Counted from the first letter of the whole stretch, positions 40,532 to 53,326 are shown. The stretch: 63,994 nucleotides of DNA, filler included, from Blastocystis sp. subtype 4 (GCF_000743755.1; 3 parts of 3 records of this genome joined end to end with filler, not necessarily neighbours in it), one strand, 5' to 3'. The notes: generated by a model from the sequence alone, not told the origin. Numbers and translations: made by a program.

Positions 40532-42197
40532 CTAAATAGACAATAAAGGATCAATTCGATCAGCAATTAAATCATAAGGAGATACAGTAGATCGCTGTAA
40601 CGATTTCAGTCGATCAACTACATGGGCCTTGATATGGAAACGAGTTACTTTGTCACACTGAACAATGAGGATGTCCCCAGGAGCCAATGAGGTATCATTT
40701 GGAATCATAATCTACAGTCACAGTCCATTCTAATTCTTACTTTAATGTAGGATTTGGAATGACAACACCGATTCTCTCCTTCCACTTCTCCAGAAACCCA
40801 AGCAACCATATATTTGGAAATCAGAGAAGAATAAGGATTCAATCCTTTAAACCAATCACTCAAGACCTTTACTCGCGACTTCACAGTCTTCATCGGAACC
40901 TGAGGATAGTGAGCTGCAACTGTATGAGGACGAGGATAATAGCGCGAATAATGGACAATATCAAGATTTAGTGTTTTGAGCAGTTTCATCGTATCTGCAA
41001 AGTCGTTCTCTGTCTCATAAGGAAATCCGACAATGATATCTGTCGAGAGTGTGATTCCAGGAACAGATTGTTGCAAATAGGTAGCAATATTCACAAATTC
41101 CTGAACAGAATACTTTCGATTCATCTTTTGTAAGACAGTATTTGAACCCGACTAACCATTATTTCTCATTAATTCTTATACTTGAACGGGAATATGCAAA
41201 TAGCTATAAAAGTTCTTGTGATTCATAAATGAAGCAAGTTCAGGAAGAGAGGATTGCAAGTAGGGAGGATTTGTCATTCCAATCTTGACCATCACATTCT
41301 ATCTATCACCCAATTATCATTCCATACACTCTTCTCAGTACAACGACGCACTTCTCCAAGTAATGCCATTAACGATGTTCCTATATCACAACCATAAGCT
41401 CCAGTGTCTTCGCTTGTCAGCCAAATCTCTGTTACTCCTTCTCTACAAGCCTTTTCAACACATGCAACAATGTCTTTGACTGGATAACTCTTCAAGTCTC
41501 CTCGAGCTAATTTAGTTTGGCAAAATGTACACGCACCTAAGCATCCGAGAGAAATTGGTATGATCTCCACAGATGGATCTTTTCGAATTTTAGGCATACT
41601 CAACGAAGGGATTGTCTGCGTATGAATCAAATGAACGGGATGAAATTTCAGAGCTTCATCAACAACTGCTTTTATGGAACCAATCTCAGTTACGCCAACA
41701 ATTGAATCTCCAGAATATCTTTTGATCATATCACGATCTGCTGTGGTCATACAGCCAGCAATGACCACAACCGCACCCTTTTGTTTGGCTTCTTGATACA
41801 ATGACTGAAAACTTTGGATCGATTTATCACGAACGGTACAGGTATTGATGACCCTTTACATTACAGAAGGATTTCAAGCATACCAAACATCTGCATCCTT
41901 TTTATTTGTTGTCACGTTGTATCCACCAGCAGCCAATAGTCCTTTCATTGTCTCACCATCCGACATGTTATGAGAACAGCCAAAGGTATGAACATATACA
42001 GACTTTGCGTCTGGACGAAATAATACTTCATTACATTGCACAACTCCTTCATCTCCTACAGTTTCTTTTCTATCCGTTCCAGAAGAAAAAGAACAACCCA
42101 GTGACGTTAAAAATTTTCGTCGTGGGTCTAACTTGTGAATGGATCCTCCAAGACGTCGCTGTGTAGACTGCAAACAGTTCCTTGTCAAACAAAACAT
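40532..42197 (-). CDS. CDKAL1: Radical-SAM tRNA methylthiotransferase, CDKAL1/e-MtaB type
   Basis: TFGCSHNMSDGE, NTCTV, AGC, GCLGACTFC (CxxxCxxC), EIWLTSEDTGAYG, TDIIVGFPYETE, TRAM-like end. Confidence 0.88.
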
Positions 42198-42232
42198 GAA
42201 AAGGAAACGATAGTAAAATAATTACACAAGAC

Positions 42233-43279
42233 TTAGAGCAAGAATGGAATAAGAGCCTTTCTATGCAGCTTCTTATACGTATCGCCATAGGTCTTTAAAT
42301 AACCCTTATGCTTCTTGACTGCCCACACATACATCTGAAGGAATCCCGTCAATGTGAAGAGAAGAGCTACAAATGACATAAGCTATTAGGTCCTACATGG
42401 AAGAGAGTGGGTCAAAATGGTAAAGAAGATCCATGAACAAATCTCTGCGAAGTAATTGGGACATGACACAAACTTAAACAGAGGACCCATGGGGATGGGG
42501 CGTTCCTGCGAGCCATCAGCTTTCCGCATACGACAGAACTGGAGATGGACAGCCCCATTGACACATTCACAAAGGAACATTCCAACCAAAGCAACAATGA
42601 CGACGTTCTTATTGGTCACAGGAGTATACAGAGGATGGCAGAGCGTATATCCAACCTACATCACTGATATGAATAAGACAATTACAAAGAGAGCATATCC
42701 CCAATAGTACGTGCAATTCTTGAAAAGGTTGGTCAGTGGCATCGTTCCATGAGAGAACTTGTGAACAAAGAAGGTCTCAAACAAACGTTTGGCATAATGA
42801 AGAGTCCAAGCGATTACAGCTAGTCTATAGATCAACTACAACGATTTTCCGTTACCGAGCTGTCTCCGACAAATGCTTATCACAAGAACCATAGATGAAA
42901 GAGGGTCTCATAGCCAAAATGAGCATAATCACCAAGGGTCCAGCGTACTCAAATACAAATACCTACGAATTACAAACAAAAAGCAAAAGCACATCACGAT
43001 AACCAATTTGAGGGCCAATATCACGCAGAACAATGTGACTATCCATCTTCACATTGTAGTCGGAGAAAGTCATGCCATCGTTCGTCAATCGCAGTGGTTC
43101 TTTCTCAGTCAACATGATCTTCATGGCTTGTCGAACCTTGGATAGGTTACCTATAATCTTAACAACTATGTTTGGTAGATACACTCTTTGGAAACAAGTT
43201 CCTTAAACTCTCCAATCTTCATCGATTCTTTCACATCAAATTCATATATCTTCTTTTTATACTCCACGAAAACTCTCAT
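42233..43279 (-). CDS. TECR: Very-long-chain trans-2,3-enoyl-CoA reductase
   Basis: Ubl-like N-terminus, DIGPQIGYR, EYAGPL, HYAKRLFETFFVHKFSHGTMP, VSCPNYFAEI, RKALIPFLL. Confidence 0.92.
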
Positions 43280-43466
43280 TGCAACGAAATATTGTAGGGT
43301 TCTTGTTGTCAAATAATGACGTCGATGAAACGCCTTATGACAATACTGTTATCACCTTCAAAAATGATTACGTCGGAAGTAGATGTAATGAATTCAGGGT
43401 CATACATTCAAAAAAGAAAAACTTCTCAAATGCACATCAACAAACAATAAAGAAGACTTACTCTTA

Positions 43467-45212
43467 CTACTCAGGAACACTAGGGCTACTCTGAATTGCC
43501 TCATGAATTGGTGAAACTGTAGAACTACCATACAAGTCAACATCATTTCCATTCTCCTTTTCTTCTGTCTTTTCACTCACCTCTACTTTCACCTCCTCAT
43601 TTCCTTCCTTCTTGATCTCTGAAAGCTCAATATCCAAGGAAGCAGGAACCACAGAGCGGTTTTTCTGTGTTAAGTAAATGACTGTCAACACTGCTAACAA
43701 CAACAAAATTGATACAATCAATGTAACTGCCACGTTACCACCAGAATAACCAGCCACAATATATCCAATCACACTTACTGCAGCCACTGTAGTTGCATAA
43801 GGAAGCTGTGTGGAGACATGAACAAGGAAGGAACATTGTGTAGACGACGAAGCCAGAATGGTTGTATCAGAGATGGGAGAGGTGTTGTCACCAAACACAC
43901 TTCCACAGAGACACGAAGCCAATGCAGGCTCCAAATACTTGGCATTCGAACCACTGCAGATTTTAACGACAATAGGGATCAAGACGCCAAAGGTACCCCA
44001 TGCTGTGCCCATACTGAATGAAAGTCCCATTCCCACGAGGAACACAACAGCAGGGATTAGTTGAGGAGGGATACGTGATCGTTCTACTAACTCACCCACA
44101 TACGCTCCAGTCTGAAGAAGATCACCACTCGTACCACTAATTGTCCAAGCTAACACTAAAATCAGAAGAGTAGGAATCATAGTCTTCATTCCTTCTTTCA
44201 AAGCATCCATCCAATCACGGAAGCCAATAATCTTACGAGGAACATACATCAACAATGAAACGATCAATGCAAAGAATACAGCATAAAGAAGGGATTTTGG
44301 GGCCGAAGTATCACCAAGAGCCTCATTCACAGATTTTCCTCCTTCGAAGTATCCTCCAAGATAGAACATGAAATAGATTGCTAGAACAATCAAAACGATA
44401 ATTGGAACCAGCAAATCATAGACTGTACCCTTTTCTGAATGAGCTACATTCTCAACTACAGCTGCACTGTCCATAGAACCATCTGTACCACTGAGACCCA
44501 GCTTAGCATTATCTTCGTAGAACTTCATCTTGCCATAATCAAAATCCGTGATAATATTCAGAATGATCATGAGAAAAGATAAAATGGAATAGATATTAAA
44601 TGGAACTGTATGTAGGAAGACAACGAACGAGTTTTCCACTTCACTTTCGGCAATTTGGGAAACAATAGCTGCGGCCCACGAAGTGAGCGGTATTGTGATG
44701 CACATATTCGTTGCGACCGTATGTACAATATAAGCGAGCTTTGGCTTCGAAACCTTATTTACATCTGCAACAGTACGCATCACTGTACCAGTTGTGATTG
44801 CATTAAAATAATCATCTAAAAACATAACACACCCTAAGAAGGCGGTTGAAACTAGAGCTGGACGCTTGCCCTTGATCGTTCGTTGAGCCATCACTCCATA
44901 TGCTTTCGAACCACCGGAAAGAGAAATTAAATTGATAAGACCACCCATCAATAGCAAGAACAGACAGATGTAAACATTTGAACTAATTTTCGTCCCCATT
45001 ACAGTGAACAAGACATCGACAGGGTTTGCCTTTGTTACTCCCTCAATCATGCCATTATAGGCTGCAATGGCATAGATGACAGAAGCAGCGATACATCCCA
45101 TTAGAAGAGAAGAAACTACTTCCTTTGTCGTTAGCGCGAGCACCATAGCCAGAATGGGTGGAATCAACGAAGGAAAGCCAATCGCAACAGGAAGATATTG
45201 TTCAATTGCCAT
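43467..45212 (-). CDS. Na+/H+ antiporter NhaC-family transporter, intronless
   Basis: SLIPPILAMVLALTTKEV, FLDDYFN, SFSMGTAWGTFG, GSVFGDNTSPISDTTILAS, HVSTQLPYA. Confidence 0.9.
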   Translation of the reverse strand: MAIEQYLPVAIGFPSLIPPILAMVLALTTKEVVSSLLMGCIAASVIYAIAAYNGMIEGVTKANPVDVLFTVMGTKISSNVYICLFLLLMGGLINLISLSGGSKAYGVMAQRTIKGKRPALVSTAFLGCVMFLDDYFNAITTGTVMRTVADVNKVSKPKLAYIVHTVATNMCITIPLTSWAAAIVSQIAESEVENSFVVFLHTVPFNIYSILSFLMIILNIITDFDYGKMKFYEDNAKLGLSGTDGSMDSAAVVENVAHSEKGTVYDLLVPIIVLIVLAIYFMFYLGGYFEGGKSVNEALGDTSAPKSLLYAVFFALIVSLLMYVPRKIIGFRDWMDALKEGMKTMIPTLLILVLAWTISGTSGDLLQTGAYVGELVERSRIPPQLIPAVVFLVGMGLSFSMGTAWGTFGVLIPIVVKICSGSNAKYLEPALASCLCGSVFGDNTSPISDTTILASSSTQCSFLVHVSTQLPYATTVAAVSVIGYIVAGYSGGNVAVTLIVSILLLLAVLTVIYLTQKNRSVVPASLDIELSEIKKEGNEEVKVEVSEKTEEKENGNDVDLYGSSTVSPIHEAIQSSPSVPE

Positions 45213-45339
45213 GAGATGTTCAATGGAGGAAAATGAAAAGGAAAAGAACCACTTGTACCGATAAATAATCTCGATGTATAATGATTGGATGAACGAATTC
45301 ATTTATGTGCCCGTTAAATATGTATCTAAGAAACAAATG

Positions 45340-46920
45340 AATGACCAGGTAAAGGAAGGTTAGGTGAATAGACAGCAAATGCAAAAATAAGACCGGTAGA
45401 AAGAGCACAAACGAAGAGAGTCACGATCCATCCAGCAAACACACTATATAGCAACGACCAATTGACTCCATTCTTTCCTTCTACCATTCCAATACCCACT
45501 GTCGATCCAACTTTACAATGAGTAGTGGATAAAGGAAGACCGAGAGATGAACCAACAATAACTACTAAAGCAGAACCAATCTCGATGGAAAAACCACGCG
45601 ATGGTGTTACTTTCACCATATTCACGCCAATGGCGGCCATCACCTTGTAACCCAGACAAGCCAAACCAACTACGATACCCACTCCTCCAAGAACTAGAGG
45701 ACCTGCAGTGACCTTGGTACTCTCATTCACGTCTCCTGTCTCATAAAGTTGGAGACAGAACGCAAAAGGACCAATAGCATTAGCTACGTCGTTGGCTCCA
45801 TGAGCAAAGGAGTTAAAAACAGCAGTAATGATTTGAAGATATGTGAAAAGTTTCTCAGTGGAAGGATCGAACACCTCTGCATTCTTGTGCATTTGATACA
45901 CTTTCGATTTCTCATCCTCCAGCTCTGCATGAATATTCTGATGCTGTTTCACAACTGCTTCAACTGAAGAAGCAGTCTCCTCTTTCTCCCCGGACTCAGA
46001 CACTGGTTTTCCATCAGAAGAAACAGGCACCTCACTGGTTGCCTGATTGACTGACTTTGAATCCACTTTCACAGGAATATCTACTTGATTCTCCACCATC
46101 TCAATCGTCACCTTCACATCTTTCACAGCAATCTCAGCGTCCTCTGCCTGCTTCTCACGAAGGATTTTCCGTTTCACATAAGGAACAAAGGTGAATTGAA
46201 GAATCAATCCTAGAACAACACCAATGAAGACACAAATCAAAGCAACAAGCCAAATAGGCATATTCAGATTCAGAGATTTGCTCTTATACAAAACAAGGAA
46301 AATGTTCAAAGCAAAGGTTAAAGCGACAATAATAGGATATGCCTGGAAGCTACGTTTCAGGGGGTCACGGTATCGAAGAATATACTTTCGAACCAACCAG
46401 AAGATGAGAGTAGATAAAAGAGCCGAGATGACAGGGAAAACAATCCATGACAATGCTACCAAACCGACTTGTTTCCAATTCACTGCATTCCATCCACGTG
46501 ATGTAACTGCCATTCCCACAATACCACCAATACACGAATGAGTTGTGGAAACGGGAAGTCCATATAAAGTGGCAATAATAAGCCAAGCTGCAACGCCGAT
46601 AAGGACGCACATCATACCAAACATCAAGACTTCAGGAACATCCGCATACAAATTGGCATTTGTAATATCTTTCATAATCATCTCGGCGACATTTCCACCC
46701 AAAAAGAAGGCACCCAAGAACTCCATGACGGCAGCAATTACGATGGCCATTTTCAGGGTAATTGCTCCGGAACCTACAGATGTAGCAAATGCGTTCGCCA
46801 CATCATTCGCACCTACCCCTATTAAAACACAATCTCATAAGTACCGATTCCAAAAGCACAAAAGAAAGCAACGATAGCACAACACCATGGAATCCAAGAA
46901 TACTCTGAAAGTGCTGCCAT
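45340..46920 (-). CDS. PiT/PHO4 (SLC20) inorganic phosphate transporter; probable polyA-created stop
   Basis: GANDVANAFATSVGS, PVSTTH, second HGANDVANAIGP, PLSTTHCKVGS; one intron near the 5' end. Confidence 0.95.
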
Positions 46921-47054
46921 CCCAATTCAAGTTTGATTGATAACGTGAGATTCGGAAAGACTGTATTTCTTGCCTGCTTATGGATTAGTCCCCCATCCTC
47001 ATTTTCTCACGAAGTTGGACGTATTTTTGGCAATTCTTTGAAATCGAATAACTC

Positions 47055-47086
47055 AGTGATTCTGTGGTAAAGTGATTCTGTAGTAA
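47055..47086. repeat. 16-bp direct repeat AGTGATTCTGTRGTAA x2 just upstream of the RPS6 ATG
   Basis: agtgattctgtggtaa followed by agtgattctgtagtaa. Confidence 0.7.
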
Positions 47087-47088
47087 AG

Positions 47089-47301
47089 ATGAAGGTAGGT
47101 GTTTGCAATAGGAAGTGAACGGATTACTTACCATGAATGTAGCTTAACATCTGTTATCCCGCTCTTAGTTCTCAGAAACCAATTGATATTGATGATGAGA
47201 ACAAGCTGTAGAGAGTGTGAAAGAGAGACTGATGTGTAGCCGTGTGTTCATGGACAAGAGAATGTCTCAGGAAGTGGAGGGTGACTCCTTGGGTGATGAA
47301 T
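47089..47301 (+). CDS. RPS6: 40S ribosomal protein S6 (eS6), 5' part, truncated by gap
   Basis: Spliced [44 protein letters not shown]. Confidence 0.92.
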
Positions 47302-47401
47302 NNNNNNNNNNNNNNNNNNNNNNNNNNNNNNNNNNNNNNNNNNNNTTAATTAATTAANNNNNNNNNNNNNNNNNNNNNNNNNNNNNNNNNNNNNNNNNNN
47401 N
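47302..47401. other. Assembly gap with artificial TTAATTAATTAA linker
   Basis: N-run with linker. Flanked by incomplete genes, so the true gap must be much longer than 100 nt. Confidence 0.95.
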
Positions 47402-47464
47402 GATGGAAAGGATTTGAAGAGTGGAAACAACAGACTGGGTTTGGGAGTTGAGTTTCTGTTTTGA
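47402..47464 (+). CDS. C-terminal fragment of a mitochondrial porin (VDAC-like)
   Basis: DGKDLKSGNNRLGLGVEFLF* resembles the VDAC C-terminus (DGKN.NAGGHKLGLGLEF); TGTTTGTG follows. Confidence 0.6.
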   Translation, partial: DGKDLKSGNNRLGLGVEFLF

Positions 47465-47489
47465 GTAAGGTGTTTGTGACAAAGAAGTG

Positions 47490-48482
47490 ATTGTTTGTTA
47501 TCCCGCTGAATGAAACGTTCTCGAAGACCTTCATCTTTCTCCTCTTCACTCTCACTTTTCTCCATGTCAATCTCTTCTGGGATTGGTTCATCACCGACGA
47601 TATTTGCCTCCTCCAGTTCATGGTCTGTCTGTAAGACTTCTGGAATCTCATCGTTATCATCGGAATAGTCTGACCCAACATCCTTTAACAACCACGTTCT
47701 TTTGATAAATCTCAAACCCATAACCTACAGAAGTCGGGGAGTCTTGATGAATTCTGTTGTTCTCCATTTGCGAGCTTTGGCGATTTTGGGAAGAACATCT
47801 GACAAATAGTAATACACATGCCCGGTAAACATTCCTATAAGATCAGAATCTAGGATTCGGCCATAAGAGATATAATGAAATAGTAGAAGAACAACAGGAA
47901 ACCATGGAGCCTTCATCGGTAGAAAGATGAATTGAATGTTAATATGAGGATTCTTCCTGCACCAAACATAGATATTCATAGAATAGAGGGCCATTCCGAG
48001 AAATCCTGTTGATGGAAAGATACATGAGATTATCTATAACTCATATAAAACATAATTAGATACAGTGATAAGTGTAATTCCAAAGAGGATCATGAATGTG
48101 TAATCGGCTGATTTCTTATAGAAACATGTACTCTCCAATCTAGCACTGTAAATTCCATTCATATATAGATTTATAATAAAATTGTAGGATAAGGGACCAA
48201 TATAGAAGAATGACGTGAACAGTCGCCACCACTATTCGTTATAGTTCAATCAAGTGAGTCTCACTTCTCCTTTTTCAAAACACAATCGTTTACTAAAGAA
48301 GAATCGTTGAGACCATTCGTTACTAGCTAGACATGATCATATATTTAATCAACTACACGAAGCGAGAGCTCCTAAAACAACCGATATAAGTGATGTATAT
48401 AGTGTGATGGGCGGAATCTCTCCAACTCTACATATAATTGCCTTAAACTACCTAGGAACATTTCTCGTAAATTAATATCCAT
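47490..48482 (-). CDS. Derlin (DER1 family) with acidic tail; possible polyA-created stop
   Basis: EIPPIT, WRLFTSFFYIGP, YVWCRKNP, KAPWFPVV, DLIGMFTGHVYYYLSDVLP. Confidence 0.85.
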
Positions 48483-48530
48483 AGTTGTTGATTCTGTAAG
48501 ACAACGAAATGCTTCAATGAACAAACACTA

Positions 48531-51462
48531 TTACAAGTCCTTAGCTGCCTTTTCCTGCATCTCCTTGGCAATTTTAAATACTTCCTCCGATGACATATTG
48601 CCCACATCCTTTCTCTGGTAAATCAGCATATAAGCTTCTTCGGTAACGACATTCTCTGGCTTCATTTCTATTACACGTTCATCATCGTATTCAAACCATC
48701 TCGGAACTCCATCATTTGTATCTCGACAGAATGCGATGTAATGACCATAATCAACATTTCCCATATGATTGCAAACAGCAATCAAATCATAGATAAACGA
48801 TTCCTGTTCTTCCCGAGCATCTGGATGAACAAATGGAGTCAAATCGAGATCCGTCAAAGGATATTCCACTTTCGTAGCAACTTTCCGTTTTCGAGCATCA
48901 AAATCAAATGCCGTGCCTCCTAACTGAGCATTTGAGACGTATTCGAATCGAGTTAACTGAAGAATCAAATAACGAGGAGCTCTCCAGATCCATGTGTGAC
49001 TTTCAGCCAAAACATCCTTCTGGCATTTTGGACAAAACCTATGTATAAGAGCAAAACAGTGAATCCTACCAGAGTGATCCTGAATCCATATTCCCTTTCA
49101 ATCCAAATAGATTCAGACAATCTGTAAGTGATACAGATTTGGCAGTATTGTTTCGCGTACAATATCGCTCAGAACGACAATAGAACAGTGATCGAAGCTT
49201 AGTATGAAGGAACAGAACCATATCATTCTCCGCTTCGTCAATACGTTTTTGATTCTCTGAAATATTCTCACATTCTTTCTTTGTTTGAGTCGCTGAATAG
49301 AATGGAGCTTGGCAGGTAGCAGATTCACTTGAAATAATAATACTCACAGAAGGAAGTTCGCTTGAGGATTGTGTAATAAATTCACTTGCAGCGTGACCAC
49401 GAACACGTTCATCAAAGATAAAATAGAGAAATGATAGAGGAAGAGGCATAGTCGTATAGCAAGAATACGGCAAATTAAGGACAGGAAGTTTCAGGCCAAA
49501 ATCTTTCCATCGAACAAATACTAGTTCTGAAAATGAGTGGATAATACGTACATTGAGGGTTCTCTAGAGCGCTACTCTGAATACAACAACGCTTTGATTG
49601 TTCTGAATTCATGGATGGAGCCAGGATGGTTTCACTGTGAGCACCAAAGGGACGTTTCAAGTCTACTTCACTATCTGAAGAGAGTTCAAGAGGAACATCT
49701 CCAGCTCTACTATCTATGTAGATGTCCGAATCTGTATCAACCTCCATATCATTCTTCTCAGCATCACTGAAGTTGAATTCTTCTTCCTCTTCCTCATCTT
49801 CCTCAGAATGAACCTCTTCAGCTGGCTTTGATTCCTCTTTTGTGGTATCACTCGAAGCTTCCTGAGGCTTTGCTTCCTCTATTTGTTTCTTAAACAGTGA
49901 TGAAATCGTGGGTAATTCTTCATTTCCACTTACCTCTGCTTCTTCTTCTCTCTCTTCTTCTTCTTCTCTTTCCTCTTCCCTTTCTTCCTCATTAACCTTC
50001 ACTTCTCCTCCAATAGGATTTTGTTTAACTCCATACTTCTCGGGATGACTTATACGATCCATATATTCGACCATCAACCCTTCAATCTTTGTCTTCACCT
50101 CCTCCTTTACAGCAAGGAAAGAAGGAGGGAAACAATTCTCAAGGCTGGATATAACAGATTCCAGATCCTGATTAGGATCATAATACATTAGGGCTGAGTC
50201 TAAGTGATTCAATTCTGAGTATGGATTCATCACAGATGAAGTAAAGAGTGTCCATTGAGAAGGATAGACTACAAGAGGCTTGAGGTTCTCGTGAGCCTTC
50301 TAGGAATCGATGACATGATTAACAACATACCACTGTACAGATAAGATAACTGGAACGCTGATCATAGGAGGATAAGGAACTCTGAGGATCTTCAGGATTA
50401 ATTCGAGTGTACTGTGAGTGAAAATGGAAATCAACATCAAACCACATCATATTCTTGTTGGCTCTTGATAAACAGGTCAAGTCGATTCACATCGACTTCC
50501 AAATACTCAGCTACTGCATTATAGATCTCCTTATACAGTCCATAGAAGTTATATTGGACCTCGAAGTAACTAACACGTTGACGAGAACGGATCTGATGCT
50601 TCTTCTCGTCATTGGCTGAAACTTCTTCGGCAGGATCTGATTGGTTGATATCACGGTCAATGAGAATATTCACCGGAATTTTGTACGTCTCTTGAGGCAT
50701 AGGAAGCATTAGAACATTGTTGGGTTCATACTTTACTCTCATCTATTCCTTAGAAGATGATATTACTTTTACTTCACCACATTCAGTGCACTTTGTCTTA
50801 TTGCAAGTCATTCCATAGAGTAAATCAACAATCTTGCTTGTATTTCTCTGTAAGAATATTTTCCACATCTCTTCGGCTTGAGAGGGATTGTATTCATTGT
50901 AAATTGGGTTCTCAATATATGGTTTCTTTATGATCAGATTTAAATCTTCATGGAGCACGTCTACCAATTTGGCCTAGGTATCAATCTTAAAGACAAGATC
51001 AACAAAGAACTCCTGACTATCGTGCTGATCATTTCCAATAAACTGGCTGTCGTATCCCTGGAACGCACGCTTAAAATAGAGAGGCGAAATGAACTGTTGC
51101 GTTGTAGTCCACAATTGTTTCAACAGAACAGAAAAGGATTCAGCCACCAATCCACCACTACCCATAGGATTTGTCTTATTAATCTATGTGTAAGGAGAAA
51201 ATGTGAAAGCCAACCATAGACATAAATTCATCTGTTAACAGAAGTTTTACAAGATCAGGAATATGAGAAAGACACTAAGAGATAATTCTATGCCCATCAA
51301 ATAAGATACTTGAAGACCTGTGTTCATATAGCAAGTATTGCCAATATTTAAGAGTCCGCACCTTCCTCCGTTTGGATGCACCTCAGTTTTCGGAGCCATC
51401 AGAATCTCCTCTTTCTTTGATGTATTATCAGTATTGGTTTCCATAACTTCTGTACTCTCCAT
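48531..51462 (-). CDS. Ubiquitin-specific protease (C19; USP4/11/15-like split catalytic domain)
   Basis: GLLNIGNTCYMN, QHDSQEF, LHEDLN, YDLIAVCNHMG..YGHYIA, WFEYDD, AYMLIYQR. Confidence 0.9.
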
Positions 51463-51759
51463 CCTTCAATTCGAATTCCTAATTCAATGGATATTCAATA
51501 TCAGATGAAACCAATTATGTCTTGTACAAACTCTTTTCAAATAGATACATCATGTATTTTATTCTCAAGTCATTTTTACATCAAAAGCAGTGTGTTGATA
51601 AGGTTGTAAGATAGATTAGAGATGTCATCTCATTCAACAACGTTTTTAAATAGAAAGGTATCTTTATTCCTCAAAGTATTTCTTATGTGTAGAAATTTGG
51701 TTTGTTTCCGTGAATCCCTTATTCATATTCCGTTCCTAAGGAATGATAATGATTACCTG

Positions 51760-52528
51760 TAGTTTACTGATGGAAGGGACCAAATAGATTCCTTAAAATA
51801 CAGTGAAGTAAAAAACAAGCATTACTCATAAACTACGTACTTGAAGATTTGGAGAAGTAAGGAATGTAATAGTCAGGTATCTAGAATCAACAGCAACTAG
51901 TACGATTACAGGGATTTCAATTACACTTCCACATGTACACTGAAAGTGAGTACATCCAATGGTATATAACTACAAATGAATCACAATACAAAATCATACG
52001 ATAGAAACTTTACAATTCGGGCAAACAAGAAGGGCTACTTGTTAATCAACCACCCTACCATACCTTTTCGAGATACCATCGGAATTGTTTGTGGAGACAT
52101 GTAGTTTAATGCACCACAATGGACACAATTTACACGAGTAAACCCTAAGGGGAAAAGAACCTTTCCCTATACTTAACAAAATGAATCTACTACATACCCT
52201 GCAACTACCACAGATTGCAAGAAAACCCTCAGCAGCAATCACTTGTGTATTCGGTTTGCTATTCGATTCAGGGGACTAACTATTACACAAAGATAAGATA
52301 ATAACATCAGTAACATTATTCGGCCGTTCTGGATTGTCTTCATGTACTGATGTTTCTTGCTTCTGAATCTGCATTGAAACTGGCTCTACGACATGGTAAG
52401 AAATGGTTCAAGGAATACTGTACAAAGAACCTACCATTCGTATTCGTTGTTACTTCGTCCTCCAGAATGGTTGGAACTTGTTCTGAAGATAGAAGTGGTT
52501 GATATTCCCCTTGATTCGTATTATTCAT
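51760..52528 (-). CDS. Small CxxC zinc-ribbon repeat protein (LSD1-finger-like), boundaries uncertain
   Basis: Spliced segments AICGSCR, VNCVHCGALN, VCPNCK, FQCTCG. Confidence 0.4.
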
Positions 52529-52671
52529 TAGAAAAGTTGTAGAAAAGTGTTTTCTTAAACCGTATCGTTAGTAATTCAGTTTTAGAAAATGAAAAACGTC
52601 TTCTTATAATGTTTCATGAGAAAACAACGAACGAAGAATGCCGCTGATTCTTCTGTTTTCACACATTGAAT

Positions 52672-53256
52672 ATGTCAGATTCAAAAAGCATCTGTGAATT
52701 ATCTGAATCTTCATCAATCAGTTCTCGATTAAGTGTCGCATCATTTCTGTCTCCTCAAAGTAACCATTTAGTATGGTCATAATGTGTCAGGTACTTTATC
52801 GGATCAGTCAATTCGTGAAGTTGATGACAGCTTGTATGATTTAAGTAGATTTGTGATCTCTAGAGACGGAAGTACCTCTAAAAGTAAACGAAAGTCTCCT
52901 TCAAAGGTAGGTAACACAGTTGGATCCTGATTTTGTAGTCACCAGAGAGGAAAAAGAGATCAACAACTCCAGAGAATGAGCTAACGTTTTCTACCTTTGA
53001 TTTTGTAATTGATCGATAAAGATTATGAAGTTTAGAATAGTTGGTCCAAATCACAAATCAGTTTCTTTAATGAAGTTGATAACTTTCCTCTCCAAGTTGA
53101 ATTTGACAATCTGGAAGAAAAGAAACGACGAAAGAGACGTCGGAACAGCAAGGGACAATGGTCATTTTCAGAAGAAAGTACAAACTCAGTATCTCCATCT
53201 CCGAGTAATAAGAGTGTTGTGGAACAGGTATTCGTTGATCCCTTATGAAACGATAA
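52672..53256 (+). CDS. Short hypothetical Ser/Lys-rich protein
   Basis: Short exons with ~30-nt intron-like gaps, ending just before TGTTTGTT at 53263-53270. Confidence 0.3.
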
Positions 53257-53326
53257 TGTTGTTGTTTGTTCCGAACAGAGAACTGGAAGAGTCATCTGTT
53301 AGCACATTTTCATTCTTTACTCAATC

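Noticed and set aside
47190..47232. Box C/D-like TGATGA...CTGA (snoRNA candidate)
   Set aside because: Too short, and explained by RPS6 exon codons (DIDDE) plus an intron.
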